Origin: Epiperipatus broadwayi
Lineage: Eukaryota > Animalia > Onychophora
DNA length: 64,000 nucleotides
NCBI GenBank assembly: GCA_028023455.1
Contig: JAQFVV010000006.1
Coordinates: 16,058,001 to 16,122,000, forward strand
Reading direction: 5' to 3'
Of the stretch, positions 41,574 to 54,126 are shown piece after piece; positions within the stretch are counted from its first letter, which is position 1, and every line of letters starts with the position of its first letter. A program made the position numbers and the translations under genes. The notes under the pieces were generated by a model. The model ran no database searches. It was not told where the DNA came from and saw nothing but the letters and a program-made list of their open reading frames with translations.

Positions 41574-42258
41574 ATATATATATATGTTATATAATGAGCT
41601 TGCAAATAGCTCTTAACAAACCTTTCAGAATATCCCCAACCTCATTTGTAATACAAGCTTGTTAAATTAGGTCATGTGACATCTGACTTGATTTCTTTGT
41701 AATATATATAATTATATAGGTGTTCATATGTGATTTTTATTATTTATTATAATATTTAAATAAATATTTTTAATAATATTAGTATACTTAATAATTGTTT
41801 TACACTAATTTGAATATTATATCATTTAATTACAATAAATAATTAGCAATAAAGACAATCAATAATAATAAATAATACAAAAATTATCTCTCCTATGATC
41901 TGTTCTGATAGTAAAACTTAAAGGTCATCAATGTTAAACGTATGATATTAGTTCACTTGTTACACTCAAGAGTGACGATTTCCATAAATTTCAGCTTATA
42001 TTAAAGAGTTAATTGAAAATTTTAAATTCCTATCTTATTATCTACCGTTTATAAATCTAGTTGAATGAAAATGTCATATTTTAATTAATCTTGTAATTAT
42101 TTTTGATTTTGCATGATTTTCTTGATATTTCTAGATTCAGGAAGACAAGAGCAGATGTAGAAAAACATCATGAATAGCTTTTTTTTTAACCACCAGAATG
42201 AGGGGAGGGAATGTTTTAAAAAAAGCCTTCTTTAAACTTTTTTTTTTTAAGTGTCATA

Positions 42259-42341
42259 GCATCGGCTGGGACACGAACCCACAACCTGGGCAACTGCCTG
42301 CTAGTGCAAGGCAATCGCGCTGACCTCTCGACCACGAATGC
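42259..42341 (-). mobile_element. Young tRNA-like SINE with poly(A)
   Basis: tggtcgagaggtc (A box), gggttcgtgtccc (B box/T arm), terminal pairing gcattcg/ccgatgc, CpGs retained, A-tract about 10 nt downstream. Confidence 0.65.
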
Positions 42342-42596
42342 AAGAAGCAGGTTTATTAAAAATTGAAGCAATTAAAAAATTAGAAGTTTTGTCATAATAA
42401 TTCAAATGCACAACTTACATTAAGTGTAATCAATATTTTTCAATAAAAAATAAATCATAGATGAAAAGCTATAAAAAACTATAAAGATCATTATCAAGTG
42501 TTGATAAAATTAATTTATATAAAAAATATATAATAATAATAATAGAAGACACAAGTATAAAATTAGGTATACATTCACTGAAAGGAGTTAACACTT

Positions 42597-43013
42597 AAAC
42601 AACATCAATAACAATCAACAATCTCAATCTGTTGTCAAGGCAACCTCCTTTTAACAATAAAGGTGGAAATCCATCTTTATTTTTGAATTAATATGTTTAT
42701 AGATATTAAAGATTGCAATTTGATCACAGAAATTGAAAGTATTGATACAAAAAAGTTTAAATAAACTTCATTAAACAGATAAATATAACCTATTTTGAAA
42801 ACTGACTAACAAATAGTCAATTATAACTTTCAAACTGCACTCCAACAATGTATTACTTAAATAATAAAGCTAATAATGCTCAATGCTAAATAGGTTTATA
42901 AATGCAAATTCATTGAAGGCAATCAACATTTAAACAATATCAATAACAATCAACAATTTCAATCTGTTGTCAAGGCAACCTTTTAACAATAAAGGTGAAT
43001 TCCACCTTTATTT
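42597..43013 (+). repeat. Family G partial tandem (335-bp period)
   Basis: tcaatctgttgtcaaggcaacc at 42624 and 42959; hairpin aataaaggtg-aattc-cacctttatt. Confidence 0.85.
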
Positions 43014-43748
43014 ATGGTAATGTGTATATGTGTGCATATTCTTAAAATAAAATTTTACAGAATTACATTTTCTTTAAAAATAAGCAATGCTCAGCAATAG
43101 ATGTTAAAAAATGCCAATTGGTTCCACAATGTATTTTTCATCTAAAATTAGATTCGTTCAGGTGATCTTTTGCTCCCAACATCAATTCATATTCTAATGC
43201 AATTGTTTTTAAATATATATTTACATACTTGTTAAATAATATTATTCTATAAATCGCATATTGTTGTTGAATCAGTAAATTGAGAGGTTGCCAAACTCTC
43301 GCATGTGTCTACTGTTGCTTCTCAGACAGCCAATCAGATGTTAAGACAGCAATCTGAAGCACGATCAAGCCGCAACACATGACAGAGTTTTTGATAAGAA
43401 AAGTATGGTCCCACCCTCTTGTTAAAAGAGAATGCATAAATAAATGCACATGTTATGTGTTCATAAAAAAATGTGTATCTAAGATATATTCAGTCTTTAA
43501 TTTAAATTTGAAATGTATTTAATCAATTGAGAAGTTGAAAATTTTTATATTTAAAGAGTAATTATTTGATGATTGAGAATAATAATGCAATTAAATTAAT
43601 ATCTAAACATTTGAGTGCTTTGAATGAGAAGCATATAGTTTAAATCTTATATATATATATTAAACACTACCCAACATTATTCTAGTAATTATAAAATAAA
43701 AATTTATATAACATTACAATACTAGCTGAAAATTTTTTAATAACATTC

Positions 43749-43820
43749 TTCCACAATCATGGTTTCATCTACTAACAAATGGACTTTTTCGAGTGAATTT
43801 CAACAAAACATACAAAATAT
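43749..43820 (-). mobile_element. P1 3'-end fragment with degenerate variant HHR
   Basis: ttcac TCGAAAA a gtcca tttgttag tagat GAAA c catg ATT gtggaa. Confidence 0.6.
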
Positions 43821-45829
43821 ATATATATTGTAACGATATGCACTCTCTCAACAAGATAAGTTAAGGCAGTCGCATCTCACTATAGTCAGATTTAAGGTCT
43901 TCATATAGGATGCCACGAATGATGTGATTTAATTTTGATATAAACTATATTTGTTCCCAATAAATAATTTATTATTAATAAATTATTATATCTAAACCAC
44001 ATCAAATCAATATTCACCTTAATTAACTTTACCTTTATGCTCAGATTTCGAACTCAGGGAAGTTTAACAATTGACTCTCTTCAGGGATTTCTATTAATAT
44101 ACTAGAGTAATGATAATAATAAATCTCACTAACTCTTTAAAATGGGTTTCATGAAGTTAATATAATAATCAATAAAAATTATTATATTAAATGTTTGTTC
44201 TTATCTTATAAAATCAAATAAATAAAACAAAATTGAAGACTTCATTTAGTTTAATATAAAAAAAACATAACAATTATTTATTTAACAAATAAATAACTTA
44301 AACTTTATAATATATAAAAATTATTTATATATCTACTTCCTTATACTAAAAATATAAATATTCTATTTATTTACGGTAGATATATTTTCTAACTTATAAC
44401 ACCACATGATTTTACAACGTATATAAAATATAAGTATCTAAATATTAAGACTTTTATATTAACACTATTCTATAATAATTAGATTATACAAAAAATAATC
44501 CAATCATTTATATATAATATTTTCATTCATTAAAATGATTGTACATAATTTATGTTTATTAATATAAAAATATATATTTCATATCAATGTTAGTCATTTA
44601 TCCACTTATCATACATTATGGTTATTAGACTATTTGGATTAGTATAAACAATGTAGTGTCATGTCATAGAAAATAATAGTATGTGAATTTAAAAATAATT
44701 TAATTTCTTACCTCCAAGTTCACTTTATCCCTTTATATTTTTACATGCCTTTCCCATATTAATATTTCTTAACCTATATCTAAATCTTTATTAATCATAA
44801 ATAAAAATAAAAATATTTTAAATTATTAATTCTCTCTTATTATTCATTTCTTTAATGAAATGAATAATAATAAAGGAAATGAAATTAATCTTTCCCAATT
44901 ATAATTTTTAAAAAACTTAAATGGTATTTATAAAAGTTAATGCAATAGACCTAGATGTTCCTGGAATTTGTGAATGAAAATCCTTCAAAGATGCAATTTT
45001 TAATTCCTTCATTGTTATACATTGAAGAAAATAATAGGATATCCCAAGTTGACATTTAGTTTCCTCCTTGTATGTAGATTTCATCTTCGTTAATACACAG
45101 TTCCTTTATTAACAATTATAATTCCATTTTGAAGATATAACTTTTATATAATTTTATAGGCATTCAGCAAAAGATGTTATTCACATATATATATTTGACT
45201 AGGCAAGTGCATTTTATATATCCCACGATAAATAGGTGTTCTACTCACTCTGCATTTTCCTTATAATGTAAAGTACATTAAATTTAGTTGAAGTTTTTAT
45301 AAACATGTTCTTTTTTAAAATGAAGTTTACATTTTAGAACTCCAATTAGAATGATTTTTATCAAACATGAAAATATATTCAAATTACTTTCTTTAAAAAA
45401 AAATATTAGAAATTTCTTCTAATAAGTATTAAATCGTTCAAAATATAGATTTTATCTTATACACTGTTCTTTTAAAACGAACACAGTATAAGTCTTTGTG
45501 AGAATATAGCTGAAAGAATAGAATCCTTAATCTTTTAATAAAAATAGAATTATTATTTTTATATATAGCTGCATGAGCCTGCCGAAGCATAGTGCATTCT
45601 ACATTGTTACAATACAATTCGATATTAAATCACTAAGTTAATTTCATTTCCTTTAATTCGATAAACTGTATGTGAACCCAGAGGTCATAACCATGTCAAC
45701 TGTCTTTTCCAACAATGGTTTTTTTATTTTAAAGAATGAAAAATACTAATTTACTAAATTACATATTATATTTATATAAATATAAGAATACAAATATAAT
45801 GCATACATATTGACTATATGTATTATATA

Positions 45830-46374
45830 TATATACCCACAAAACTAAATAGCCATCCTATCATTAGTTCAAAACAGTCAGTTGATAGCAAATATATTCC
45901 TGAAATAGTTTATAAGATTCTTTGTAATTGTCATCAAATTTATATAGGTCAAAGTGAACTAAGTCTTACTGAAAGAGTTAAAGTTTTTGAGGTAAAGATT
46001 AGAGTTAAAAATAGGTATCATAACTCAGTTTTGTATATTCATGAACTGACTACAGATCATAGAATATTAGTTGACAATGCAGAGATTATTTTTTATGAAA
46101 GAAGTGAAATAAAAAGAAAGGCTAAAAGAAATTATGCTGATAAAATTTCTTGAATCTGAGACCATCAATCTCCAGAATACATCCTTTGATGTTAAAGGAA
46201 GTTTGTTTTTGAAATTAATGATGGGAAGGTTATTTTGTTTTGTATATATGTGTAGTGTGTTTTGTTGAATTACACTTGAAAAGGTCTATTTGTTAATAAA
46301 TGAAAACATAATTGTGGATGAATTTTAGTAAAATATTATTTTTGGCTAGTATTGTAATGTTTTATGAATTTCTA

Positions 46375-46375
<1 letters not shown>
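45830..46375 (+). mobile_element. Penelope-like element P1: GIY-YIG and 3' end
   Basis: IVYKILCNCHQIYIGQS..LTERVK..SVLYIHELTTDH..DNAEII..KRKAK; the 3' region matches 22822-22996 and holds a degenerate U3-A8 HHR at 46270-46319. Confidence 0.88.
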
Positions 46376-46430
<55 letters not shown>

Positions 46431-46439
46431 CATATTATT

Positions 46440-46795
46440 ATTACTATTTGCGGGATATTCTGTGTAGTGAAAAAGCTAAATGCTGACATTTCAGTACAAT
46501 ATCAAGTACCTTCTTCAGAGCGTCCTCTTTTTCAAATCATAAGAATGTGTGTGAGATTTAAAATCATTTTTATCATTTTCTTTCTCCTCATATTTAAATT
46601 CTATTGGTTGAGAAATTTTAAATTTTATTTTCTCTTTCAATAGCTTCTTCCAAATGTTGTTAATCATCTTTAATTCACACCTTTCATTTATGCTCTTGGG
46701 CCTTTTAAAAATCTCTATAGCTTCTCTTAGCAATCTCTCTGATCATATTGTTCAATTTTTGCTAAAATATTTGTTTTTCAAAATTGATATCATGA
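46440..46795 (-). mobile_element. Penelope-like element P3: endonuclease C-terminus and 3' end
   Basis: HDINFEK..ILAKIEQYDQR / LREAIEIFKRPKSINER..NNIWKKLL. Confidence 0.8.
46478..46524 (-). ncRNA. Minimal type I hammerhead of P3
   Basis: gacgct CTGAAGA a ggtac ttgatatt gtact GAAA t GTC agcatt; stem III is the minimal A(C/U)GU type. Confidence 0.8.
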
Positions 46796-48090
46796 ATTAT
46801 TAATTTTTAATGTTAACCTTTTTATTGCTTTTTTTATAAGAACCCCTGGTGGTAGATTTGATTAAATTTCCAAGTTTTAGTTTCACCAATTTTTACTTTA
46901 TTTTTTATTATATGTTGAGAAATTTTGAATTATTCATTAGAAATGTATATTTACAAACAAAAATAATTCTAAAAAATATTATTTTAGTTTTTCAAATATA
47001 GAAAAAATCATATTAAAATGAATTATTATAATAAGATTGGTAAGAACAATAAGATTTTTTATATTAGACAGATTAGCATATTTGTTAATAAAAACATTAA
47101 ATTTAAAAAAAATTATTTGAATTTTGTTTCAAAGTTTGAGTGAATTTTTGTTCAGATTACTTAAAGGTAACAAAATTCTATTCAAAACTTAAGATTTTAT
47201 TTATAATTTCAGAAGAATGCCGAAATTTAATCAGCCATGGTAAAGATGAAAGCACTATATTTCAGCCAATTACAAAATGGATTCATGGGTTATTGATTTA
47301 CCCAATTTATCATCTTCCAAAACTAAATATTTTCCAATAAAATCTTAATCTAATTACATTATTTTTCTAAAAAAAAATAATAAATAAATATTTTTGGAAA
47401 AATAATCATAAATATATAACCAAACTATATAAAATATATGTTTTTATTTTCAAAATGAAACAAAAGCATGGCATGTGTATGCTCAAAATCTATGACAGGA
47501 ATTCTCATGCAGATAGAACATGAAAGCTACCAATCAATAATGAAATGAACATTCTAATGGCATGTTTATAATAGGAATCTGTACAAAATGCTTACATCTT
47601 CAGAATTTTTTTCCCCATTAATAAATAAAATATGTTTTTGTTTCAGAATGCCCATAATTACAGAAAACGGTAGCCAAATGAGAGTGATTAAAAGTCAAAG
47701 CAAAATAACATCAGTTTTTCTTCTAGATTGGATATGAAAATCAATTATGTTGTTAATGATCCAGCAGATTAAATATTAACAATATTTAGTTCTTATAAAC
47801 ACTATCAGGTTGGGCTTTTTCTCAAGCTAATGACACTGTTTGTCAACTTTCTTATGGTTCTACCAACAAAAATTAAAAAAAAGAGTTAGATTAGTAATGT
47901 ATGAATTAATAATTTTTATTAGTCATTTATTAGACTAGAGATTATCCACTTAATGAGTAATGTTTTTGTAGTGTAATTTTCAAAACACCACTCTCATGCA
48001 AGGTAGGGACAGGTTTTTATTCACTTTTAACATATTGTTGAGGGATGTAATTATAAACAGACATGTGTAAAAGATGTGTGATTCCTAAGT

Positions 48091-48590
48091 GCACATTCAC
48101 ATGTCTTGGGTCATATATTTATGATTACACCCCTCCACAAGGTGTTAAAAGCAGATCGAAATCTGACCCTATTATCTGTGAGAGTGTTGAAATGGAAATT
48201 ACACTATAGAAATATTATTTCTTAAATGGATAATTGGTAGTCTAATGAATGGCTAATACAAATTATCCTAATGAATGACTAATAAAAATTACTAATATAC
48301 TTTCATTAAGTGATTTGTGTCAAAGTTGTGAGGGCGACACATTTGACATCTATCAATTAAACTGAAGTAATTGGCTATATATATATATATATACTGAACA
48401 ATGCATGCAAGATCATGTTCTGGACCAACTGATGAGGGCTGGTTCTGCACAAAATGTACATCTTTTAGAGCATATATCTTTTTTTACCTTTTTGGTCATA
48501 TGTTTATTATACCTCTCCACAAGGTATTAAAAATAGATTAAATCCCCGCATGAGAGTGTTATAGTAAAAATTACATTGCAGAAATATTCA
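48091..48590 (+). mobile_element. Family C partial tandem (about 380 bp) with degenerate HHR
   Basis: ggtcatat..ctccacaagg..gagagtgtt..gaaatatt duplicated at 48109/48494; HHR 48419-48466 ccaa CTGATGA gggctggttctgcac AAAA tgtac ATC tttt. Confidence 0.7.
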
Positions 48591-50732
48591 TTACATTGGT
48601 ATATATTTCTATTCCTATGCTATATGCTGCCAAAGATATAATGCCAATATGACTTATTCTTGATATTTTACTCATTCACCATTCATCTATTTTATAAGGA
48701 GCTCATTGAATGGAGCCACTATCTGGATACCAATTTGGTCTCAAACTTTTTAGATCCTTATTGAGTTTTGGTATTTTATTTCCCTAAGTCAACCCTTAAT
48801 CAACCTCTTAAATATTCAGTATTGGTTGGTAAATGGATACCTACTAGTCTTAGTTACATATTAAAACAATGGTGGTTAAACGGTCAATATCTCACCCCTG
48901 GCAATTGACAAGACTGATGAAGAATGCCTTCATCTCACTGTTCTCTGTAAACTGTTAGAGAGTCCTATGGCCTGCGCTGGGATATGTAATGATTGATTTA
49001 CCATTTATATTAAAAATGAATTAATAAAATCTATATAAAATATTGTTTATTTTTACTCTGTCTTCTTTTTTTTCTATCTCATTGTTTTGTTTTATTTCTG
49101 TTGAGAACAGTATCTGTTAAACTCTTCTTTTATTATTTTTTTTTTCGATATAGATGCTACAGTATTCTTCTTATATATATATAAAAAGTGAGAGAGGAGA
49201 TAACAAATGCTAGACGGGAGAATATCAGCAATAAATCAAAAGTAGTTAATAAGCCATATCATATCACTTTGGCTGGATAATGTAAAATTAATCCTGTGTA
49301 AAATTATCCAAAATAAAATCATAAATATTTTAGGGATAGAATTGAGCTTTTATATGTTGTTACACTGCACAAGGAATTCTGTTTTCAGACTTTGAAAAAA
49401 AAAAAAAAAAGGGGGGGAAACGGAAAAGGGGGAGGAGGTTCTTTGGAAGAATATCGTGTTAACACTCGGGGTTTTATTTCTTTGTAGAATCACATAATAA
49501 AAGAGAGAAGATGGATTTTGCTTTCATCCGAACTCGACAAAATAACAGCTGTTTCAAATTATGGCCTGCTGAATAGAAGGCTGATCACGTTGCATGATGT
49601 TTAAGAAGTACACTTCCAGAAAAATCAGATTGTGTATAATTAGTTCTCTATATTTCTTTCATGTAATATTCACATGTGAATAAGTGTGTACATTATTGAT
49701 AATACGCTTTTAACAATCCTTATTTTTTTTCTTAATGCAATTTATTAGAAATTCTTTTAAAATAAGTATTTTGAAACACATGGCAATAAACACGCTGCGA
49801 TTGAGATATTGTATGTGTAGGAAATAATAATAATGATATTATATTACTACAATAACTCGGATAATTTTATTATTATAAATTACGATAGAAAACAAATAGT
49901 GCACGAATGTTTGTTTTCTAATTCTGTCACTAATAAAGATTCAACCATTGAAATAATAAAAGTTTTTTTTTAACCCTCCCCTGTCTTCGGTCACTTAGAT
50001 TAGTATAGGGTTTGGGATCTTGCATCTCTCATGATGTCAATTATATCTGTACTGCTGTGACAGTGGGGTTGTGCATTTGTGCAATTACATTTTCATTCTT
50101 TAATTACAAGCATAATAGTTTGGGGTTTTTTTTTTACTTTTTTTGCAGCTGTTTTTAATTTGTTTGCCTTCTTGAGTTATAATGATCAATCTCATTTAGG
50201 AGTCTTCGCTACTGATGATAGCTGAGAATACCAATGTGTTTTAGTCCACTAGTAGAGTAGTAAATTCAAAAACTAGGGATCTTTGATTGAATTCGAGCAG
50301 AGAAAATGAAAAAACACAATTTTGGTTCTTTGGTTCATTGTTATATGCAACAGCCATTTTGGGTTCAAACATGACCTGAACATCTCATTACATGATGATT
50401 ATATAAAAAAGCACAAATAACTTGTGTGATTGGATGCAGTGACAGAATGGTAAACTCAAGAGCAAAAGGTTTCTGTATTGATTTGTAGTAGAGAAAGTAA
50501 AATAAATTGCTTGGTTAATTGAATAGAAACAACTGGTTTTCTAATATCAAATGAACTTTATAAAACCATTAAAATATTACATGAACACCAGCCATTTCCT
50601 ATGCTTACACAAGCTATTAAAACAGTTGCAAACTTTCCATACAGTAGTGCCACCTAGTGCAAGCCATACTAATCATTTGATGCAAAAAGATTTTGTGTAT
50701 AAAATTTCTATCTAGTGTCTATTCATCCAATA

Positions 50733-50774
50733 TTCCCAGACTAGTTTCTAGCTTGTGGCTTTCATCAGTGAGAA
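50733..50774 (-). ncRNA. Type I hammerhead, intact (family A)
   Basis: ttctca CTGATGA a agc cacaa gct a GAAA cta GTC tgggaa; 6-bp stem I, palindromic ACUAGU stem III. Confidence 0.9.
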
Positions 50775-50795
50775 GCTTTGAATCTGAGAGCAACT

Positions 50796-50835
50796 CCTCA
50801 CTGATGACAGACATAAACTGGAAACTAGTCTGGGG
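50796..50835 (+). ncRNA. Type I hammerhead, intact (family A variant)
   Basis: cctca CTGATGA cag acataaa ctg GAAA cta GTC tgggg. Confidence 0.9.
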
Positions 50836-53023
50836 ATATTGGATGAGTAAGCACTAGATAAGGATTTTATGTACAAACCTTCTGGCATCCATTGGTTACT
50901 CTGGCTTGCACTACTGTCAGGAGAACTTATAACTGTTTTCATTAATTATTATAGTAACAACAGCAACAACAATAATAGTAGTAGTAGCAGTAGAAGTAAT
51001 AGTAATCATAGTAAAAAAAATAATCATGAACTAAAAGCTACTGGATTAAAAATAAATCTGCTGGTTAACTGAATGGAACTGTTGTACCAGATCTACCACT
51101 TGAAAAAATGAATATCACATGATCTTCTTTATGATTATTATATTATTATAATTAAAAAGATAAAGCACCTCATGATTTAGCATCATGGAATCTGGAACTC
51201 AAGCTTCATTAATCATGGTTCCAATTATGTTACTTATGGTGTTAGAATTTTTTATAAACTCCCAAGCAATAAACCATTTTTTTATTTTTTTATAGAATTA
51301 CAATGATAAATATCTGCTTGGTTATTTAATGCAATGGCAGAGAGGTGGATTTGTTCAAAAACTAAAGATTATTACATAACTTCTTAGCTGAAGAACATTT
51401 TAAGAAATCAATTTAGTCATTTTAGTAACATCATACCAATAAATCAAAATGCTGTGCAAATACTGAGCTCTGGATACAGTATTCTAAGCTACCAGTGAAG
51501 CAAATAGCATGACCATCTCTATAATAATACCAATTATATCCAATTTTACCTCATGGATATTTTAGCTCATCGGTGTTAGAAATAATAATTGTGGAAATGA
51601 AAAAACCCCAAAACAGATTACTGTTAAACCATGAACTATATTCAACTTCAATTATAGACTAGCCAGAAAAAATGTAAAGAAACAAACAAAAATGTAAATA
51701 AACAAACAAAAAATTTTAAAATATAATACATTTACAATATGCAAGCAACTATTTTTCCAGCTCTGAGTAACATATGAAATCACATTAAAAAATAAAAATG
51801 TGAAATTTTACAATACATCAACAGCCATTTTTAAATCTCAGAGTGTCATTCATAATGATATTTATTTTTTCAATTTATATTAAAAACATATGCATTTATT
51901 CTTCTTTTATTATTCTAGCCAAATTTGTTTGCAGTATTTCATGTAATAAATGTTTCTATGTGTAATGCTAAAAGTTTTATAAAATTTGAGAATGTATTTA
52001 AAGTTGATACAGTTTTAAAAACACCAAAACAATTAAAGAAATCATAGTTTCTTAAAAACAAGATTATTATTATGTTTCTATAAGGCAAAAAAGTTAATGA
52101 AAAAAATGAATATATTTAACAGCAGTAAAAGATATTTCTTTATTTCATTCATTTAAAAACTAAAAATAAGAAGCAATAAGTTTTTTTCTGCTTAGTCTTA
52201 TTTTGCAATGAATAAATAAGAAAACACACACTCAGTAAAATATATATAAATGTATTTCCTCAATTTATTATTAATCAGGATTTTTAAAAATTTAAAGTAT
52301 ATTAATTTTTGAAAACATTTTATTTCTGAGAATTAGGAAGGTGCCATTTAAAATACAAAAAAAAAAAAAACTAGTTTGGATTTATCAAAACTTAAACTTA
52401 ACCCTCTTACTTCTGATAAGAAATCTTGAAACAGAGCTTAATCTAATATTCACAGTTAGAATACTGGAAATATAGTTTAAAAAATTAATATGGGATGAAA
52501 TTATCCTCCAATTAATATCCAAACATCCATTCATCAATCATTCTCCTTCTAAATACATTACTCAAAATTATTTTGCAGAGAGGCTACTAACAAGTTATTT
52601 TTAATAAACTTATAAATACAGTTTTACTTTTCATTTATCAATACACATTTATTCACTCTGACAAAAGGAGAATAATTATGAGCAACATATTCGGAACGAG
52701 AGTGTTCTGTGATTTTGATTATGATTTAATCTTAATTTATATGTGCATATTATACATATATAAAAAAGCATCTGTTATATATATGTGCATGTATTGTACA
52801 TTTATGCTTCAATAAACAATATGTATTGTATTCTAATAAAAGTTTATCAACAAAACATGATGTATGATATATGTGAAGAAGGGGAGGGAGGCTTAGAAAA
52901 AAGTATAAGCAATATTATTGCTCCAAAAAGCATCTGTTATATATATATATATATATATATGTCTGTGTGTGTGTGTGTATGTTGAACAGTATTTGTACAC
53001 TTTTAGTTCAATAACAATATATA

Positions 53024-53895
53024 CAAGAGGGTACCTAAAAATGACCAGAATGTTGTATTAAAAAAATGTACATTTATTTTTAGGTGTTAAAAATTGAATC
53101 ACTTTCAAGATATAGTCTGTTGAATGCAATGCACTGGTCTAAACATGTTTTCCATTTTTCAGAATTAGTCTGGAAGCACAGGCATCTTTTAATGCCTATG
53201 TTGTTTTTTTCCTTCACTACTTCTAAATTTGCCAAAAAAAAAAATTAAGACATGTTTTATTCAAGAGAATAAAAAGAAGTTGTGCAGAGAGAGATTGAAT
53301 GAAGTGGCTGATGGTTAAACTGGATTGTGCTAAATTTAATTCAAAATTGTGTCACACTCAAGGGTTTGTGCACTAACACATTGTCATGGTGAAAATTGCA
53401 CTCTCCACTTTGCTACAAAACAGAATGTTTATGTTTTACTGCATCATGCAGGTGTTAAATGTCTGATTGTTACTAATGAATTCTAAGTGAGTAATGTATC
53501 CAAAAATCAAACAGCATCATCTTGACATTGGACATCACTTGCTATGTCTTTTAGGATGTGGTGAATTTGATGCTTCTATTAAATGCTTTTAAACTTCTAT
53601 TTTTCCCAATAATCTGCTTCATGCATTACAGTTGCTTTCTCTTCTTCTTTCTCTAAAAAAAAAAAACAGAATTTCAAGTTGTTCCAACTTTTTAGTCATT
53701 ATAAAAATTGACAAAGACATAAAATGCACTTTCCAAAAAAAAAGGTGCTACGTGGCATCACAATTTCACATGGTGATGTAATTTGGCAGATTGTTGCAGA
53801 AAAGTCCCTACAAGAGGTATATAGAAGCAGAAGCATATACTACAATAGGTGTGACTATCAGATAATGATTCCCATTATATTTGGGTACTCTCTTG
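53024..53895 (-). mobile_element. Internally deleted mariner with TIRs and TA TSD
   Basis: TA-caagagggtacctaaaa... / ...tttgggtactctcttg-TA; transposase remnants SNVKMML, FHHDNVLVHKPLSVTQF, KWKTCLDQCIA. Confidence 0.85.
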
Positions 53896-54044
53896 TATTC
53901 TATTCTAATTAAACTTTATCCACAAAATGTGAGCTATTATATGCAATATACAATGAACTGAGGGGTCTCAGAACAAATAATAGCAGATACCACAGACCCA
54001 TTGCATTGGAATGAAGGTCTTTATGATTGCAGTATAGTAAAATA

Positions 54045-54126
54045 TCATTTTCTATGGAAAAATGTTCCTACTTTGATATTTTGTCATTTTCTATGGAAAA
54101 ATGTTCCTACTTTGATATTTTGTCAT
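54045..54126. repeat. Perfect 39-bp tandem duplication
   Basis: tcattttctatggaaaaatgttcctactttgatattttg twice, followed by tcat. Confidence 0.95.

Larger units (their letters stand above)
50561..50940. mobile_element. Family A foldback (A8) with two intact divergent HHRs
   Basis: Inverted arms around 50785 with the tail on the left; no clear TSD. Confidence 0.88.

Noticed and set aside
44040-44085. Minus-strand CTGAAGA...GAAA spacing
   Set aside because: Stems I and III do not pair.
48914-48935. CTGATGAag HHR-like start
   Set aside because: Forms a simple hairpin inside a SINE/LINE tail; no GAAA.
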